This document shows positions 1-9,647 of a DNA stretch of 37,366 bases, piece by piece (positions within the stretch are counted from its first letter, which is position 1; each line of letters starts with the position of its first letter). Position numbers and translations under genes: made by a program. The stretch comes from Alphaproteobacteria bacterium (GTDB lineage: Bacteria; Pseudomonadota; Alphaproteobacteria; Bin95). The notes beneath the pieces were generated by a model. It made no database searches. It saw only the letters and a list, made by a program, of their open reading frames with translations, and was not told the origin of the DNA. The DNA is taken from contig JAJECZ010000193.1 of assembly GCA_022821735.1 (NCBI GenBank), positions 1 to 37,366 of the forward strand. The letters run 5' to 3'.

Positions 1-207
1 GGTCCAGGCTTCGCGGTCGTAACCGAGCCTTCGGTTCAGTTTGTCGCAGATGCTGAGCGCATCCTCCAGATTGAGTGAGATGAGCGCGGTCGGGACGTGG
101 CCGGCGAGGCCTTCGATGACGATGCGAATCTGCTGCACCTCGGTCTCGACGTCGTATGCCGGCGCGAAACAGAAATTGGGTTCGTCCGGCAGGGTCTGCG
201 CGGTCAT
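1..207 (-). CDS. Hypothetical protein, N-terminal part (runs off the window edge)
   Basis: ATG at 207 with upstream AAGGAG; reads MTAQTLPDEPNFCFAPAYDVETEVQQIRIVIEGLAGHVPTALISLNLEDALSICDKLNRRLGYDREAWT with no stop. Not in the ORF track. Confidence 0.7.
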   Translation of the reverse strand, partial: MTAQTLPDEPNFCFAPAYDVETEVQQIRIVIEGLAGHVPTALISLNLEDALSICDKLNRRLGYDREAWT

Positions 208-243
208 GGGGGCTCTCCTTCGGTTGCGGCGGCAGCGGCCGCC

Positions 244-274
244 GCCCGGCCGGCAATACGTATGCCGGCCGGGC
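244..274. repeat. Perfect 12-bp inverted repeat (hairpin) downstream of the helicase gene
   Basis: GCCCGGCCGGCA-atacgta-TGCCGGCCGGGC; no U-tract on the minus strand. Confidence 0.75.
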
Positions 275-299
275 ATTGAACGGGTGGATTCTCCGGGAG

Positions 300-3200
300 T
301 CACGCAGCGAGCGGCCAGCGGTCGAGGATGCGCTCCACCGCGCCGGCATTGGGGGCGAATATCCGCGCCCGGAACGAGACGATCTCGACCGTGCAGCCCA
401 TGCGCCGGAGTGCTGGCAGGTCGGTGTCCGCCGGTCCCTCGACCTCGACCCGGTTGCCACCCATCAGGCGGCGGCGCGCCAGCCGCCAGCCGTTGGCGAG
501 GGAAAGCGCGTTGCCCCGGTCCATGACCGCCGCGAAGGCTTCCGCGCCGGTCATGGCCGGTCCGCCGTCGAGGCCGAAGCCGGCGCGTACCGAGCGAACC
601 TGCTCGGCGTCGAGCACGCGCCCGATGAGCGCGATGCCGTCATCGCTGGTGAGCCGCCTGACCCGCATGTTCTCGGCCGGCAGGAGGTCCCAGACCGGCA
701 GCAGCAGGCCGGAGGCGAGCCAGAAGCGGGACTCGCGGTGGGACGGCAGGCCGGCGACCTCGGAGTCCCAGACGCGGCGCCACTGCGCTTCGTCGGCGCG
801 GCGCCAGTTGGAGGCGGTGAACTCGGCCTGGGCCATGCGGTCCCGGGTGGCGGGGCGGATCAGCTGCACCCGTTCCTGCACACCGCCATTGTCCAGCATG
901 CGCGACGGCGCCGGCAGCAGGACGGCGGCGCGCTTCGAGCGCGTGTTGACGACGAGACGGGGCTTGCCGTCCGGAGCCGGATCGCGGGCGCCCATGGCGA
1001 GAGCGGCGTCGGCGGAAAGCGGCACGAGCCGGTCGCGGCGGACGATCTCGACCAGCTCGGTCGCCACACCGGTGCCGGGATGTTCATAGAGCGTCTCCCG
1101 TCCGCCGACAAGGAGGGAGTCGGCGACGACCGTCTCGACGCCGACCTCGTAGATGCCGGCCTCCATCGCCTGCTCGATATTGCTGGCGATACGGTCCTCC
1201 AGATCGGCGAAGAGCTGGTTCTGCTCGGCAATGGGGAGCGCCAGCAGCCGGTTCAGGAACTTCGGCATCGGCGGCAGGTCGTCCTTGAGCCCGCCCTCAT
1301 GGACGATCTTGAGGCCGGTCGACTCCTGGAACCGCTCCGCGTTCCAGCCCTCGATACGCCCGCGCCAGAGCGCGCTGTAGAACTGCCTGAGCGCCGCCTT
1401 CGCATAGTCGGATTCGAGATTGTCGCTCTCGCGGAAGAGCGCGGCGTCGCTGCCGCCCATCGCGGTCTGGCTGTCGCGCTGGCCCCGGGTGATGGCGCCC
1501 AGGCTGTCCAGCCGCCGGGCAATGGTGGCGATGAACCGGCGCTCGCCCTTCACGTCGGTGGTGACGGGCCGGAACAGCGGCGCCGAGGCCTGGTGGGTGC
1601 GGTGGGTGCGTCCGAGCCCCTGGATCGCCTGGTCGGCCCTCCAGCCGGGCTCCAGCAGGTAGTGAATGCGCCGCTCGATGTTGGCGCAGGACAGGTCGGC
1701 GTGGTAGCTGCGCCCGGTGCCTCCCGCCATGGAGAACACGAGGATGCGCTTCTCGGCGTCCATGAACGCGGCGGTCTCGGCGAGGTTGGCGGACGCGGGC
1801 CGCGAGCGCAGCGAGAGCCGTTCGCCCTTCCCGTCCGCCATGCGCAGGATCCGCCGCGACCGCCCGGTGACCTCCGCAACGGCTTCGTGCCCGAAATGCT
1901 GCACGACCTGGTCGAGCGCGGTCGGCACCGGCGGCAGCGCGGCGAGCTTCTCGATCAGGGCGTCGCGCCGTTCCTCAGCTTCCTTGCAGACGACGGGGTT
2001 GCCGTCCCCGTCGGTTGCGGGCCGGCTCATCAGGTTGCCGCCGTCGTCGGTAAACGGCTCCTGCAACTGCACCGGGAAGGCGTGCATCAGGAACGACAGG
2101 ATGCCGTCCCGGGGCGTGAGGTCGATATTGAGGTCGTCCCACTCGGAGGCCGGGATCTCCGCGATCCTGCGCTCCATCAGTGCCTCGCCGGTGGAGACCA
2201 GCTGGACCACGGCCGAGCGCCCGGCATCGAGGTCGGCCTCGACGGCCCGGATCAGGCTCGGGCATTTCATGCCGGTCAGCAGATGGCCGAAGAAGCGCTG
2301 CTTCATGCCCTCGAAGGCGCTGTATGCGGCCGACTTGGCGTTCCTGTTCAGCGTCTCCTCGCCCTGGACGATGCCGGTGGCCTTCAGGGCCTCCTCGATA
2401 TTGTGGTGGATGACCTTGAAGGCGCCGGCATAGGCGTCGTAGATGCGCCGCTGCTCGGGCGAAAGCGGATGTTCGAGGATGTCGACCTCGACCCCGTCAT
2501 AGGCGAGCGCGCGGGCCTGGTAGAGGCCGAGGGCCTTCAGGTCCCGCGCCACGACCTCCATCGCGGCGACGCCGCCGGCTTCCATGGCGGCGACGAAGTC
2601 CGTGCGTTTCTCGAACGGCGTCTCGCCGGCGGCCCACAATCCGAGCCTGGCGGCATAGGCAAGGCCGGGGACGGTGGTGGCGCCGGTGGCGGAGACGTAG
2701 GCGATGCGCGCGTCCGGCAGCGCGTTCTGCAACCGCAGCCCGGCCCTTCCCTGCTGGGAGGGCTTCGTCTCGCCGCGCTCGGACTTCGAGCCTGCCGCAT
2801 TCGCCATGGCGTGGGCCTCGTCGAACACGATGACCCCGTCGAAGGCGTGGCGGTCCTCCTCGTCGAGCGAGCCGGCCAGCCACTCGACGATCTGCTCCAG
2901 CCGCGAGGGCTTGCCCTGGCGTGACGGCGAGCGCAGCGTGGCATAGGTCGCGAACAGGATGCCCTCGTCGAGGGGGATCTCCATTCCCTGGCGGAAACTG
3001 CCGAGCGGGATGACGTCGCTCTCAAGCCCGCCCAGCGCCGTCCAGTCGCGCTGTGCGTCTTCCAGCAGCTTGTCGGACTGCGAGAGCCAGAGGGCGCGTT
3101 TGCGGCCCCTCAGCCTGTTGTCGAGGATGATCGCGGCGACCTGGCGGCCCTTGCCGCAGCCGGTGCCGTCTCCCAGCATCCAGCCCCGGCGGAACCTCAC

Positions 3201-4787
3201 CGGCTCGGACAGGGTTTCGCCGTCCGCCGTTACGAACGACGTGTCGATCTCTTCGGCGTTGCCATCCTCGTCTTCCGGGCAGCGGTGGACGGTCTCCCAA
3301 TGGGAGCCGATGCGGTAATCCGCGTCCAGATGCCGGGAATGGGCCTCGCCGGCGAGCACGACGCTCTCCAGCTGGGCGTCCGACAGCAGGCCGTCCGTCA
3401 CGACGCATTCCGGCAGAATGGGTCGCCAGGCCGGCGCCGGATGGGGCACGGCGGCCATGGCGGCGGACTGCACCAGCGGCGTCGGATGCTCGACGGCGCC
3501 CGGCACCCGTACCGCGCCCGGCCGCCAGGAGGCGTAGGGACCGGTCGTGTTCGCGCCCACAGCGGTCGTCGGTTCGACAGGGCCGGTCTCGACCGCAAGC
3601 TTCGATACGGGCCCCCAGTCATGGGTCGCCCGCGTCTCGGGCGTCGATGCTTGTTTGGGCCCCCGCCGCTTTGCAGGCGTTGGCGCGACCGCCTTGCCGA
3701 ACAGGTCGCGCGCGGGGCCGGCCGGGGCGGGCGCGATCGGCTGGCGGGGCGGCACCTGGGCGATGACGGCATCGAGAAGCTCGGCTGCATCGGCAGCGCA
3801 TGCCGTTCCGTCCAGCTCAATATCGGCCCCGGCGCCGCGTTCCAGCACGGTGAGGCGGGTGTCGAAGCCGGTGCCGCGCCTTGCATAGGCGCGGCCGTCG
3901 ATCGCCATGGTGAAGATGCAGCGGGCCGGCGGGTCGAGACGGCTGACGGTGTCGCCGGGCGCGCAATGGGCCGAGGTGATCGTCACCAGCCGCCCGCCGG
4001 GTGGCAGCATGGAGGCGGCCGAGCGGACATGGCGCAGGTCGGCGTCGCGCCGGATGCGGTCGACCCCCGGCGTGACGGAGAACGGCGGGTTCATCAGCAC
4101 CACGGTCGGCCGGACGTCGCGCAGCCGGTCCGCAATCGCCTCCGCGTCGAACGCGGTGACGACGGCCTCGGGGAAGAGTCTGGTGAGGAGGCGCGCCCGC
4201 GTGTGGGCGTATTCGTTAAGGTAGAGCGCGCCCGGCACCCGGTCGCCGAGCGCGCACTGCGCCATCGCCGCCAGCATGCCGGTGCCGGCCGAGGGCTCCA
4301 GCACGGTATCGCCGGGACGGACTCCCGCCGCCTGGAGGACCGCCCAGGCCAGCGTCAGCGGGGTCGAGAACTGCTGGAGCCGGACCTGCTCCTCGGAGCG
4401 CCTGGTATGCGAGGGCTCCAGCGCCGCGCCGGCTTCCAGCATCGCCAGCATGCGGCGGGTCCCGTCCGGCCCGGCGCCGGCATTGCCGTGCATGGGATTG
4501 CCATAGCGCTGCATGAACAGGACGGTGGCGGCCTCGGCAGCCTCGTAGGCGTCCTTCCAGACCCAGGCGCCCGCAGCGTCCGATCCGCCGAAGGCATCCG
4601 TCATGGTCTCCCGGAGGGTCGCGGCATCGAGAGACTTGCCCGCCTCCAGCACCGGCAGCAGGGCTCGGGCTGCGGCGAACAGGGCGTCGCCGGCCACCGG
4701 GCGGGCCGTTTCGGCGATCGGGTCGATGGCGGTGTGGGAAAGAGGGGGACGCGCGAGGGCGTCCGGTGCCGGGCGGGCGTCGAGCAT
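300..4787 (-). CDS. Strawberry-notch-family fusion: N6-adenine methyltransferase + P-loop NTPase + SF2 helicase C-terminal domain
   Basis: QQFSTP, VLEPSAGTG and NPPF (MTase); GDGTGCGKGR, DEAH, SAT and QGLGRTHR (helicase). Start placed at ATG 4787 with GGAG RBS. Confidence 0.92.
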   Translation of the reverse strand: MLDARPAPDALARPPLSHTAIDPIAETARPVAGDALFAAARALLPVLEAGKSLDAATLRETMTDAFGGSDAAGAWVWKDAYEAAEAATVLFMQRYGNPMHGNAGAGPDGTRRMLAMLEAGAALEPSHTRRSEEQVRLQQFSTPLTLAWAVLQAAGVRPGDTVLEPSAGTGMLAAMAQCALGDRVPGALYLNEYAHTRARLLTRLFPEAVVTAFDAEAIADRLRDVRPTVVLMNPPFSVTPGVDRIRRDADLRHVRSAASMLPPGGRLVTITSAHCAPGDTVSRLDPPARCIFTMAIDGRAYARRGTGFDTRLTVLERGAGADIELDGTACAADAAELLDAVIAQVPPRQPIAPAPAGPARDLFGKAVAPTPAKRRGPKQASTPETRATHDWGPVSKLAVETGPVEPTTAVGANTTGPYASWRPGAVRVPGAVEHPTPLVQSAAMAAVPHPAPAWRPILPECVVTDGLLSDAQLESVVLAGEAHSRHLDADYRIGSHWETVHRCPEDEDGNAEEIDTSFVTADGETLSEPVRFRRGWMLGDGTGCGKGRQVAAIILDNRLRGRKRALWLSQSDKLLEDAQRDWTALGGLESDVIPLGSFRQGMEIPLDEGILFATYATLRSPSRQGKPSRLEQIVEWLAGSLDEEDRHAFDGVIVFDEAHAMANAAGSKSERGETKPSQQGRAGLRLQNALPDARIAYVSATGATTVPGLAYAARLGLWAAGETPFEKRTDFVAAMEAGGVAAMEVVARDLKALGLYQARALAYDGVEVDILEHPLSPEQRRIYDAYAGAFKVIHHNIEEALKATGIVQGEETLNRNAKSAAYSAFEGMKQRFFGHLLTGMKCPSLIRAVEADLDAGRSAVVQLVSTGEALMERRIAEIPASEWDDLNIDLTPRDGILSFLMHAFPVQLQEPFTDDGGNLMSRPATDGDGNPVVCKEAEERRDALIEKLAALPPVPTALDQVVQHFGHEAVAEVTGRSRRILRMADGKGERLSLRSRPASANLAETAAFMDAEKRILVFSMAGGTGRSYHADLSCANIERRIHYLLEPGWRADQAIQGLGRTHRTHQASAPLFRPVTTDVKGERRFIATIARRLDSLGAITRGQRDSQTAMGGSDAALFRESDNLESDYAKAALRQFYSALWRGRIEGWNAERFQESTGLKIVHEGGLKDDLPPMPKFLNRLLALPIAEQNQLFADLEDRIASNIEQAMEAGIYEVGVETVVADSLLVGGRETLYEHPGTGVATELVEIVRRDRLVPLSADAALAMGARDPAPDGKPRLVVNTRSKRAAVLLPAPSRMLDNGGVQERVQLIRPATRDRMAQAEFTASNWRRADEAQWRRVWDSEVAGLPSHRESRFWLASGLLLPVWDLLPAENMRVRRLTSDDGIALIGRVLDAEQVRSVRAGFGLDGGPAMTGAEAFAAVMDRGNALSLANGWRLARRRLMGGNRVEVEGPADTDLPALRRMGCTVEIVSFRARIFAPNAGAVERILDRWPLAA

Positions 4788-5025
4788 GGGGCGGTCTCCG
4801 TGCTGCAAGGGACGGGAGACCGGCGGGATGCGCTGAGGGGGAGAACTCGGAACCGCTCCCGCCCGGCCCCGCCGGCCCGCCCCCGACGTGCCCGACTGCC
4901 TCCTGCCGGCGCAGGGCGCGCCGGGGAAACCCGGCGCGGCCGCGGCCGGTAGATGCGTTCGGGAAGGTGCGGGAATGCCTGCGGAGCCTGCGCCGCTCCG
5001 GGCCGGCGCGGGATGTGCGGCGGGA

Positions 5026-5670
5026 TCAGCCGAAGAATTCGCCCGCGGACGTAAACGACCACTCGTTTACGGCGAGGGTCTCGTCGATCGCGGTGTCGGA
5101 GGTCAGGTGCTCGTATTCCTGCCGGAGCTGGCGGTAGAGCCAGCGCGCGAGATCGCGCATGGCCCCGGTCACCGTGTCTTCGGCATCGTCCGTCGGCGGC
5201 TGCCAGGTCGGACTGTCGCGTTCGACCACGATGGTCATCGTGTGTTCGTGGCAGTAGCGCCCGCGCTGGCTGATCGTGGCATGCAGCTGGTGGAAATTGC
5301 GCCTCTGGACGGCCTGCAATGTGTCGGCGATGCGGTGCAGCTCGTCATCCTTGGGCGCATGGGCGCGGATCGCCTTGGCGGCGCCCCTGGCATGGCTGTA
5401 CGAGCCCTCGAAGCTCGCGCCGTCGCCCTGGTTCCAGAAGCCGGTCCAGTACAGATGCGGCTTGTCGCGGGTTCCGCCGCCATAGAGGCCGACAGGGCTG
5501 GTGCGAAGCGTCACGCCGAGGATGCCGCAGATCGTCTCGAAATCCTCGTAGACGAAGTCGTACCACTCATAGTCGAGGCAGGACTGGCGATACCAGGAAC
5601 GGGCCGCCTCCTTCGCCGCGTCCGAAAGCTCGTCGATCGTGTAGACCGTGATCTCGATGACCCGCGGCAT
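5026..5670 (-). CDS. Conserved plasmid/ICE protein, family usually labelled 'antitoxin of toxin-antitoxin stability system' (function unproven)
   Basis: Recognisable MPxVIExTVY..ELSD.AKE.AR.WY, GFWNQGDGASFE and LARWLYRQL..EY segments. Confidence 0.75.
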   Translation of the reverse strand: MPRVIEITVYTIDELSDAAKEAARSWYRQSCLDYEWYDFVYEDFETICGILGVTLRTSPVGLYGGGTRDKPHLYWTGFWNQGDGASFEGSYSHARGAAKAIRAHAPKDDELHRIADTLQAVQRRNFHQLHATISQRGRYCHEHTMTIVVERDSPTWQPPTDDAEDTVTGAMRDLARWLYRQLRQEYEHLTSDTAIDETLAVNEWSFTSAGEFFG

Positions 5671-5672
5671 GG

Positions 5673-6470
5673 TCAGCACTCCTGCGGGCCGGGCCCGGCG
5701 CCGTCCTCGCGGATGTCATAGCGGCTGCCCGGGAAATGCTTCATCGCCCGGTCGACATAGGCTTCCGCCTCCTCGCGGCTGTCGAAACGGCTGTCCATGG
5801 CGGCGCCGATGCCGAGAGTGAACATCCGGGACCTGACCAGAAACCTGCCGGTCACGGGCGCTTCCTCGCCGTCGGGGACGGGCCGTGGCGAAGGCGGGCG
5901 GGATACTCCGGCGCTGGCCTGAGCCCGGCGATCCGGGGCTTGCCCGCTTTCCGGCGCCGGGTTGCGGCGGGCATCGCCGGGGGCGGCGCGCACGAACCGG
6001 ACGGCTTCGCGGATGCGCCGCCTTGCAACGCGGTCGTGGTCCAGGTTGGCGCGGAACCAGAGGGCCGGCTTGCGGGAAAACCACGCAGAATCGGCAACAT
6101 ACCCGTCGGCATAGGCCACGAAATGGTTGCTCGCCGAGATCGCCCAGGTTCCGGCCGGCGCGGGGTCCAGGAACGTGCCGAGCGTCATGGCGCGCTCGTC
6201 GAAGGGAACGCCGGCGAAGATCCGCTCCCAGGCCTCCTCGCTGCGCGCGAACCGGCGCTTGCGGAGCTTCGGATGGCGGATGGCGTAATCCGGCGTCCAG
6301 CCGAACTCGGCAAGCGCGGCGGCGAGCTCGTCCATGAAGACGCCGTTGACCGAGCGCCGGTCGAACAGGCGGCGGATGGTGGCGGCGGCCTCATGTGTCG
6401 GCACGCCGGCGATCGCGGAAATGGCGGAGGGGCCGCACTTGGTGGCGCGGCCGGTAATCCTGTGAAGCAT
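5673..6470 (-). CDS. Hypothetical protein, possible papain/C39-like Cys-His-Asp fold
   Basis: ATG 6470 with AAGGA RBS; motifs KCGPSAISAI and NHFVAYADGYVADS. Confidence 0.6.
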   Translation of the reverse strand: MLHRITGRATKCGPSAISAIAGVPTHEAAATIRRLFDRRSVNGVFMDELAAALAEFGWTPDYAIRHPKLRKRRFARSEEAWERIFAGVPFDERAMTLGTFLDPAPAGTWAISASNHFVAYADGYVADSAWFSRKPALWFRANLDHDRVARRRIREAVRFVRAAPGDARRNPAPESGQAPDRRAQASAGVSRPPSPRPVPDGEEAPVTGRFLVRSRMFTLGIGAAMDSRFDSREEAEAYVDRAMKHFPGSRYDIREDGAGPGPQEC

Positions 6471-6534
6471 GGCGGTTCCTTCAGGTGTCGGGAGACGGGG
6501 ATGGACGGTCGGGGCGGAAGGCTCCGGCGGCGCG

Positions 6535-7344
6535 TCATGTCCCCGGGGAAGAGGGGCCGGCCGGCGGGGCGGGGTCGAGCGGGGTTCCGAGGATGCGGAG
6601 GACCTCGCGCCAGACGCCGGGCGAGCGGTCGGCGGCGAGCAACCGGGCGATGCGCCGGCGCTTTTCGATCCGGTATTTCCGGGTCTTCTCGGCCTCGGCG
6701 AAGGCGAAAATCTTGCAATAGCGCCCGACCCCCGAAAGGGTTTCGGCGGCATGGCAGCGCCCGGCCTCGCCGAAGCCGTGGATGCGCCAATAGCGCCCGT
6801 CGCGCTGCAGGATGGCCGCCTCCTCGCCCTCGACCAGGAAGGCATGGACGCCCGGGCGCCTGCGCCTGGTTGCGGTCCGGGGCCGGAGGCCCGGATATTC
6901 CGGGAGGAAGGCGCGGGCCGAGTGAAGAACCGCCACTGCGATCTCCCGGCTGTCGCAGACCTTGTCGAACACGAGGAGCTCCGGCGAACCGGCCGGCAGG
7001 GCCTTGCGCAGCATGGCGTGGAGATGGCCGGCCAAGGCGCGCAGCGCATCGCCCGCGCTATCGCCGGGGTCGAGCCGGTCGCGGTAATGCCGTCCCCCGA
7101 GGTCGTAGGCGGCGCGGCGGATGGCGGCGTCGAGGGAGAAGCGCCGGGCGCGCGGCGACAGCGCGTTGCAGGACCGACCTTCGGCGTCGAGCGCGCCCTC
7201 CCGGGTCCAGCCGGCTTCCAGCAGCGCGATCGCATCGTCGCAGATCTCCGCCGGCGTCACGATCGGCGGCCGTTCGCCAAGGGGCGCCGCCGGGGCCGTC
7301 CGGCAATCGGCGCCCTGGAGGGAGGGGTCGGGAAACTGTGTCAT
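6535..7344 (-). CDS. Hypothetical protein
   Basis: ATG 7344 (MTQFPDP...), protein-like composition, same strand as neighbours. Confidence 0.6.
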   Translation of the reverse strand: MTQFPDPSLQGADCRTAPAAPLGERPPIVTPAEICDDAIALLEAGWTREGALDAEGRSCNALSPRARRFSLDAAIRRAAYDLGGRHYRDRLDPGDSAGDALRALAGHLHAMLRKALPAGSPELLVFDKVCDSREIAVAVLHSARAFLPEYPGLRPRTATRRRRPGVHAFLVEGEEAAILQRDGRYWRIHGFGEAGRCHAAETLSGVGRYCKIFAFAEAEKTRKYRIEKRRRIARLLAADRSPGVWREVLRILGTPLDPAPPAGPSSPGT

Positions 7345-7556
7345 GACAGGGTGTCCATGGTGATGTGTGACGGGGAGCGGTCTTGGCGGCGATGCGGCGC
7401 GGCGCAGGGCCTCCCGCGCCGCCCTGCCGGCCTGCCCGGCGCCGGCTGGCCGGACTCCGGGTGGCGGAAGGCGCGGCGGAGCGGGACGGAACAACGGGGC
7501 CGGTCCGGAACGGGGTTGTCGGGAAGGAGAGGCTCAGGCCGCCGGGCGGCGGGAGC

Positions 7557-8249
7557 TCAGAGCAGCGAGACCGGCTCGACGCACCGCGGATCGTCGTTGG
7601 CGGGCCGGTTGACGTGCGTGCTCACCGGCCAGGCCGTCATGGCGTCCGCGGGACACGGATCGAGAGGAACCTCCCCACCCGCGAGCCAGGCGTCCCAGGC
7701 GTCCGGCGGCAGGATGACCGGCATGCGGCCGTGGACCGGCGCGACCGTCCCGTTGGCGGCGGTGGTGAGGATGGTGCAGGTCTCGACCGCATCGCCGGGG
7801 CTGCGCTCGGCGAGCGATCCGGTGAGCGCCGCGCCCTCCGGGACCGTCCAGCGTTCCCACAGGCCGGCGAAGGCGAAGGGCGCGCCGTCCCGCAACCCGA
7901 ACAGCCAGGGCTGGCGGGTCCCGCCGTTGCGCCGCCACTCGTAGAAGCCGTCGGCCGGGATCAGGCAGCGCCGGTGCCGGAAGGCCGATCGGAAGGAAGG
8001 CTTCTCCGCCGCCGTCTCGGACCGCGCGTTGATGAGCTTGTGGCCGATCACGTGGTCCCTGGCCCAGGCGGGTATCAACCCCCACCGGAGCATGGCGAGC
8101 GTGCGGCCATGCGGTGCGGCGCGCACGACCGCGACGTCCTGGCTGGGCGCGATGTTGTAGCGGGGCCGCAGGTTGAGCGGCGCGCCGATGAGGTCCATCA
8201 GCTCATGCAGCTCCCTCCACGAGAGCCTCTGGGTGAACCGGCCGCACAT
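7557..8249 (-). CDS. SOS response-associated peptidase (SRAP; YedK/HMCES family, protects abasic sites in ssDNA)
   Basis: N-terminal MCGRF, RYNIAPSQ, WGLIP, NARSET, GFYEW, HGRMPVIL. Confidence 0.96.
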   Translation of the reverse strand: MCGRFTQRLSWRELHELMDLIGAPLNLRPRYNIAPSQDVAVVRAAPHGRTLAMLRWGLIPAWARDHVIGHKLINARSETAAEKPSFRSAFRHRRCLIPADGFYEWRRNGGTRQPWLFGLRDGAPFAFAGLWERWTVPEGAALTGSLAERSPGDAVETCTILTTAANGTVAPVHGRMPVILPPDAWDAWLAGGEVPLDPCPADAMTAWPVSTHVNRPANDDPRCVEPVSLL

Positions 8250-8290
8250 GCCAGCGACATTAGCCGCATCGGCGTCGGTTTGTCATTATT

Positions 8291-8305
8291 GTTCTTCTAT
8301 TGTTC
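8291..8305. promoter_or_regulatory. Alphaproteobacterial LexA (SOS) box
   Basis: GTTC-TTCTATT-GTTC matches GTTC-N7-GTTC exactly, in the AT-rich gap between the divergent SRAP gene and a small ORF. Confidence 0.85.
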
Positions 8306-8315
8306 TTATGCCACC

Positions 8316-8582
8316 ATGCAAGCCATGGAGAGAAAACACACCATTCCGGTCTCGCGGGAGGACCTGGTGTTCTCGGTCGACATGGCGCTGCGCAAGGCGG
8401 AGCGCTTCTGGCCGAAGAAGCGCGGCCCCGGCGACCACGACCGTCTCAGGCCCTTTGCCGAGATGATCGTGGACCATCTCGAGCTGTGCGGCATGCGCTG
8501 CTTCAGGAGGCCCCGCGGACCCGGCCACAGCACGCCCGATCCCTGGGCCACGCCGCGAACGGACGGCGGCGGGGACGGCTGA
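8316..8582 (+). CDS. Small hypothetical protein, probably SOS-regulated (start 8316 or 8325)
   Basis: MQAMERKHTIPVSREDLVFSVDMALRK...EMIVDHLELCGMRCFRRPRGPGHSTP; starts about 10 nt after the LexA box. Confidence 0.65.
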   Translation: MQAMERKHTIPVSREDLVFSVDMALRKAERFWPKKRGPGDHDRLRPFAEMIVDHLELCGMRCFRRPRGPGHSTPDPWATPRTDGGGDG

Positions 8583-8598
8583 CCGAGGCGCAGGCAGG

Positions 8599-9348
8599 CT
8601 ATAGCAGGCCGCGCGACTGGAAGCTGACCGTGCCGGTCGGCGTGACGATGAGATGGTCGAGCAGCGTGACCCCGATCGTCTTCAGCGCGTCGCGGACGCG
8701 GCCGGTCATGTCGATATCGGCCCTGGACGGTATGGGATCGCCCGACGGGTGATTGTGTACGGCTATCACCCCGCTGGCCTGAAGTTCGAGGCAGCGCACG
8801 CAGATCTCGCGCGGATAGGCTGGTGTGTGGCAGACCGTGCCCTGCTGGTGCAGGCGGTCGGCGATGAGCCTGTTCTTCCGGTCCAGATACAGCACGTGGA
8901 ATTGCTCGACCTCGCGATGGCCGGCGATGGTGCGGCAATAGTCGATGACCTCGGAATAGTTGCAGAGGGACGGGCGCACGGCGGCGGGAACGGCCTGCCG
9001 CGCCATGCGGATGCCGAGCGCCTCGGCGGTCTTGAGGGCGGCGAGCGCGTCCTCGGAGACGCCGGGCACGGTGCGCAGCCGGTCCGGACGGGCCGCCAGA
9101 GCTCGGGGCGCAGTGCCGAAGGTGTCCAACAACGCGCCGGCCAGCGCCCTGGCGTCGTCCACGCCCTGACGCCCGGCGAGCAGCAGCTCCAGCAGGTCGC
9201 GGTCGTCGACGGCGTCGCGCCCGGCGCGCAGGAACCGGGCCCGGAGCCGGCGGCGGCTTACGGCCTCCCGGACCGAGGCCGGGCCCGCCGGCATGTCCAA
9301 CAGCGGCATCTCGTCGAAACCCGGTCCGGGCCTGTCCTGCGGGCTCAT
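8599..9348 (-). CDS. radC: RadC-family JAB-domain protein
   Basis: ELLELLL and helix-hairpin-helix region, E...F.VLYLD.KNRLI, HNHPSGDPIPSRAD, LLDHLIV. Confidence 0.93.
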   Translation of the reverse strand: MSPQDRPGPGFDEMPLLDMPAGPASVREAVSRRRLRARFLRAGRDAVDDRDLLELLLAGRQGVDDARALAGALLDTFGTAPRALAARPDRLRTVPGVSEDALAALKTAEALGIRMARQAVPAAVRPSLCNYSEVIDYCRTIAGHREVEQFHVLYLDRKNRLIADRLHQQGTVCHTPAYPREICVRCLELQASGVIAVHNHPSGDPIPSRADIDMTGRVRDALKTIGVTLLDHLIVTPTGTVSFQSRGLL

Positions 9349-9647
9349 GCGGCAATCTCCCGGTTGGCGGCGTGCTTGCGCTCCGCGGCGCGGGCGCGGC
9401 AGTGCTCGATCAGCCGGCCGTATTCGTCGCCGTCGAGGATGCGGTCGACATGGAGCAGCGAGGCGAGCTGGAGGCCGATCAGGCGGATGGCGGGGTCGTC
9501 GCGCTGGGAGACCCCCTCCGCGATGGCCTGCCGGCAGGCGGTGTGCAGCGCGAGCGCGACGCCGGAGGGGTTGCAGGCCCCCGGATCGACGATGTCGAGC
9601 GCTGCGCGGTGGCGGTCGTACCGGGCGGGAAGGTCCGGGAAGCTCAT
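9345..9647 (-). CDS. Hypothetical protein
   Basis: 100 aa, 4-nt overlaps with both neighbours; GACNPSGV and DDPAIRLI segments. Confidence 0.7.
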   Translation of the reverse strand: MSFPDLPARYDRHRAALDIVDPGACNPSGVALALHTACRQAIAEGVSQRDDPAIRLIGLQLASLLHVDRILDGDEYGRLIEHCRARAAERKHAANREIAA

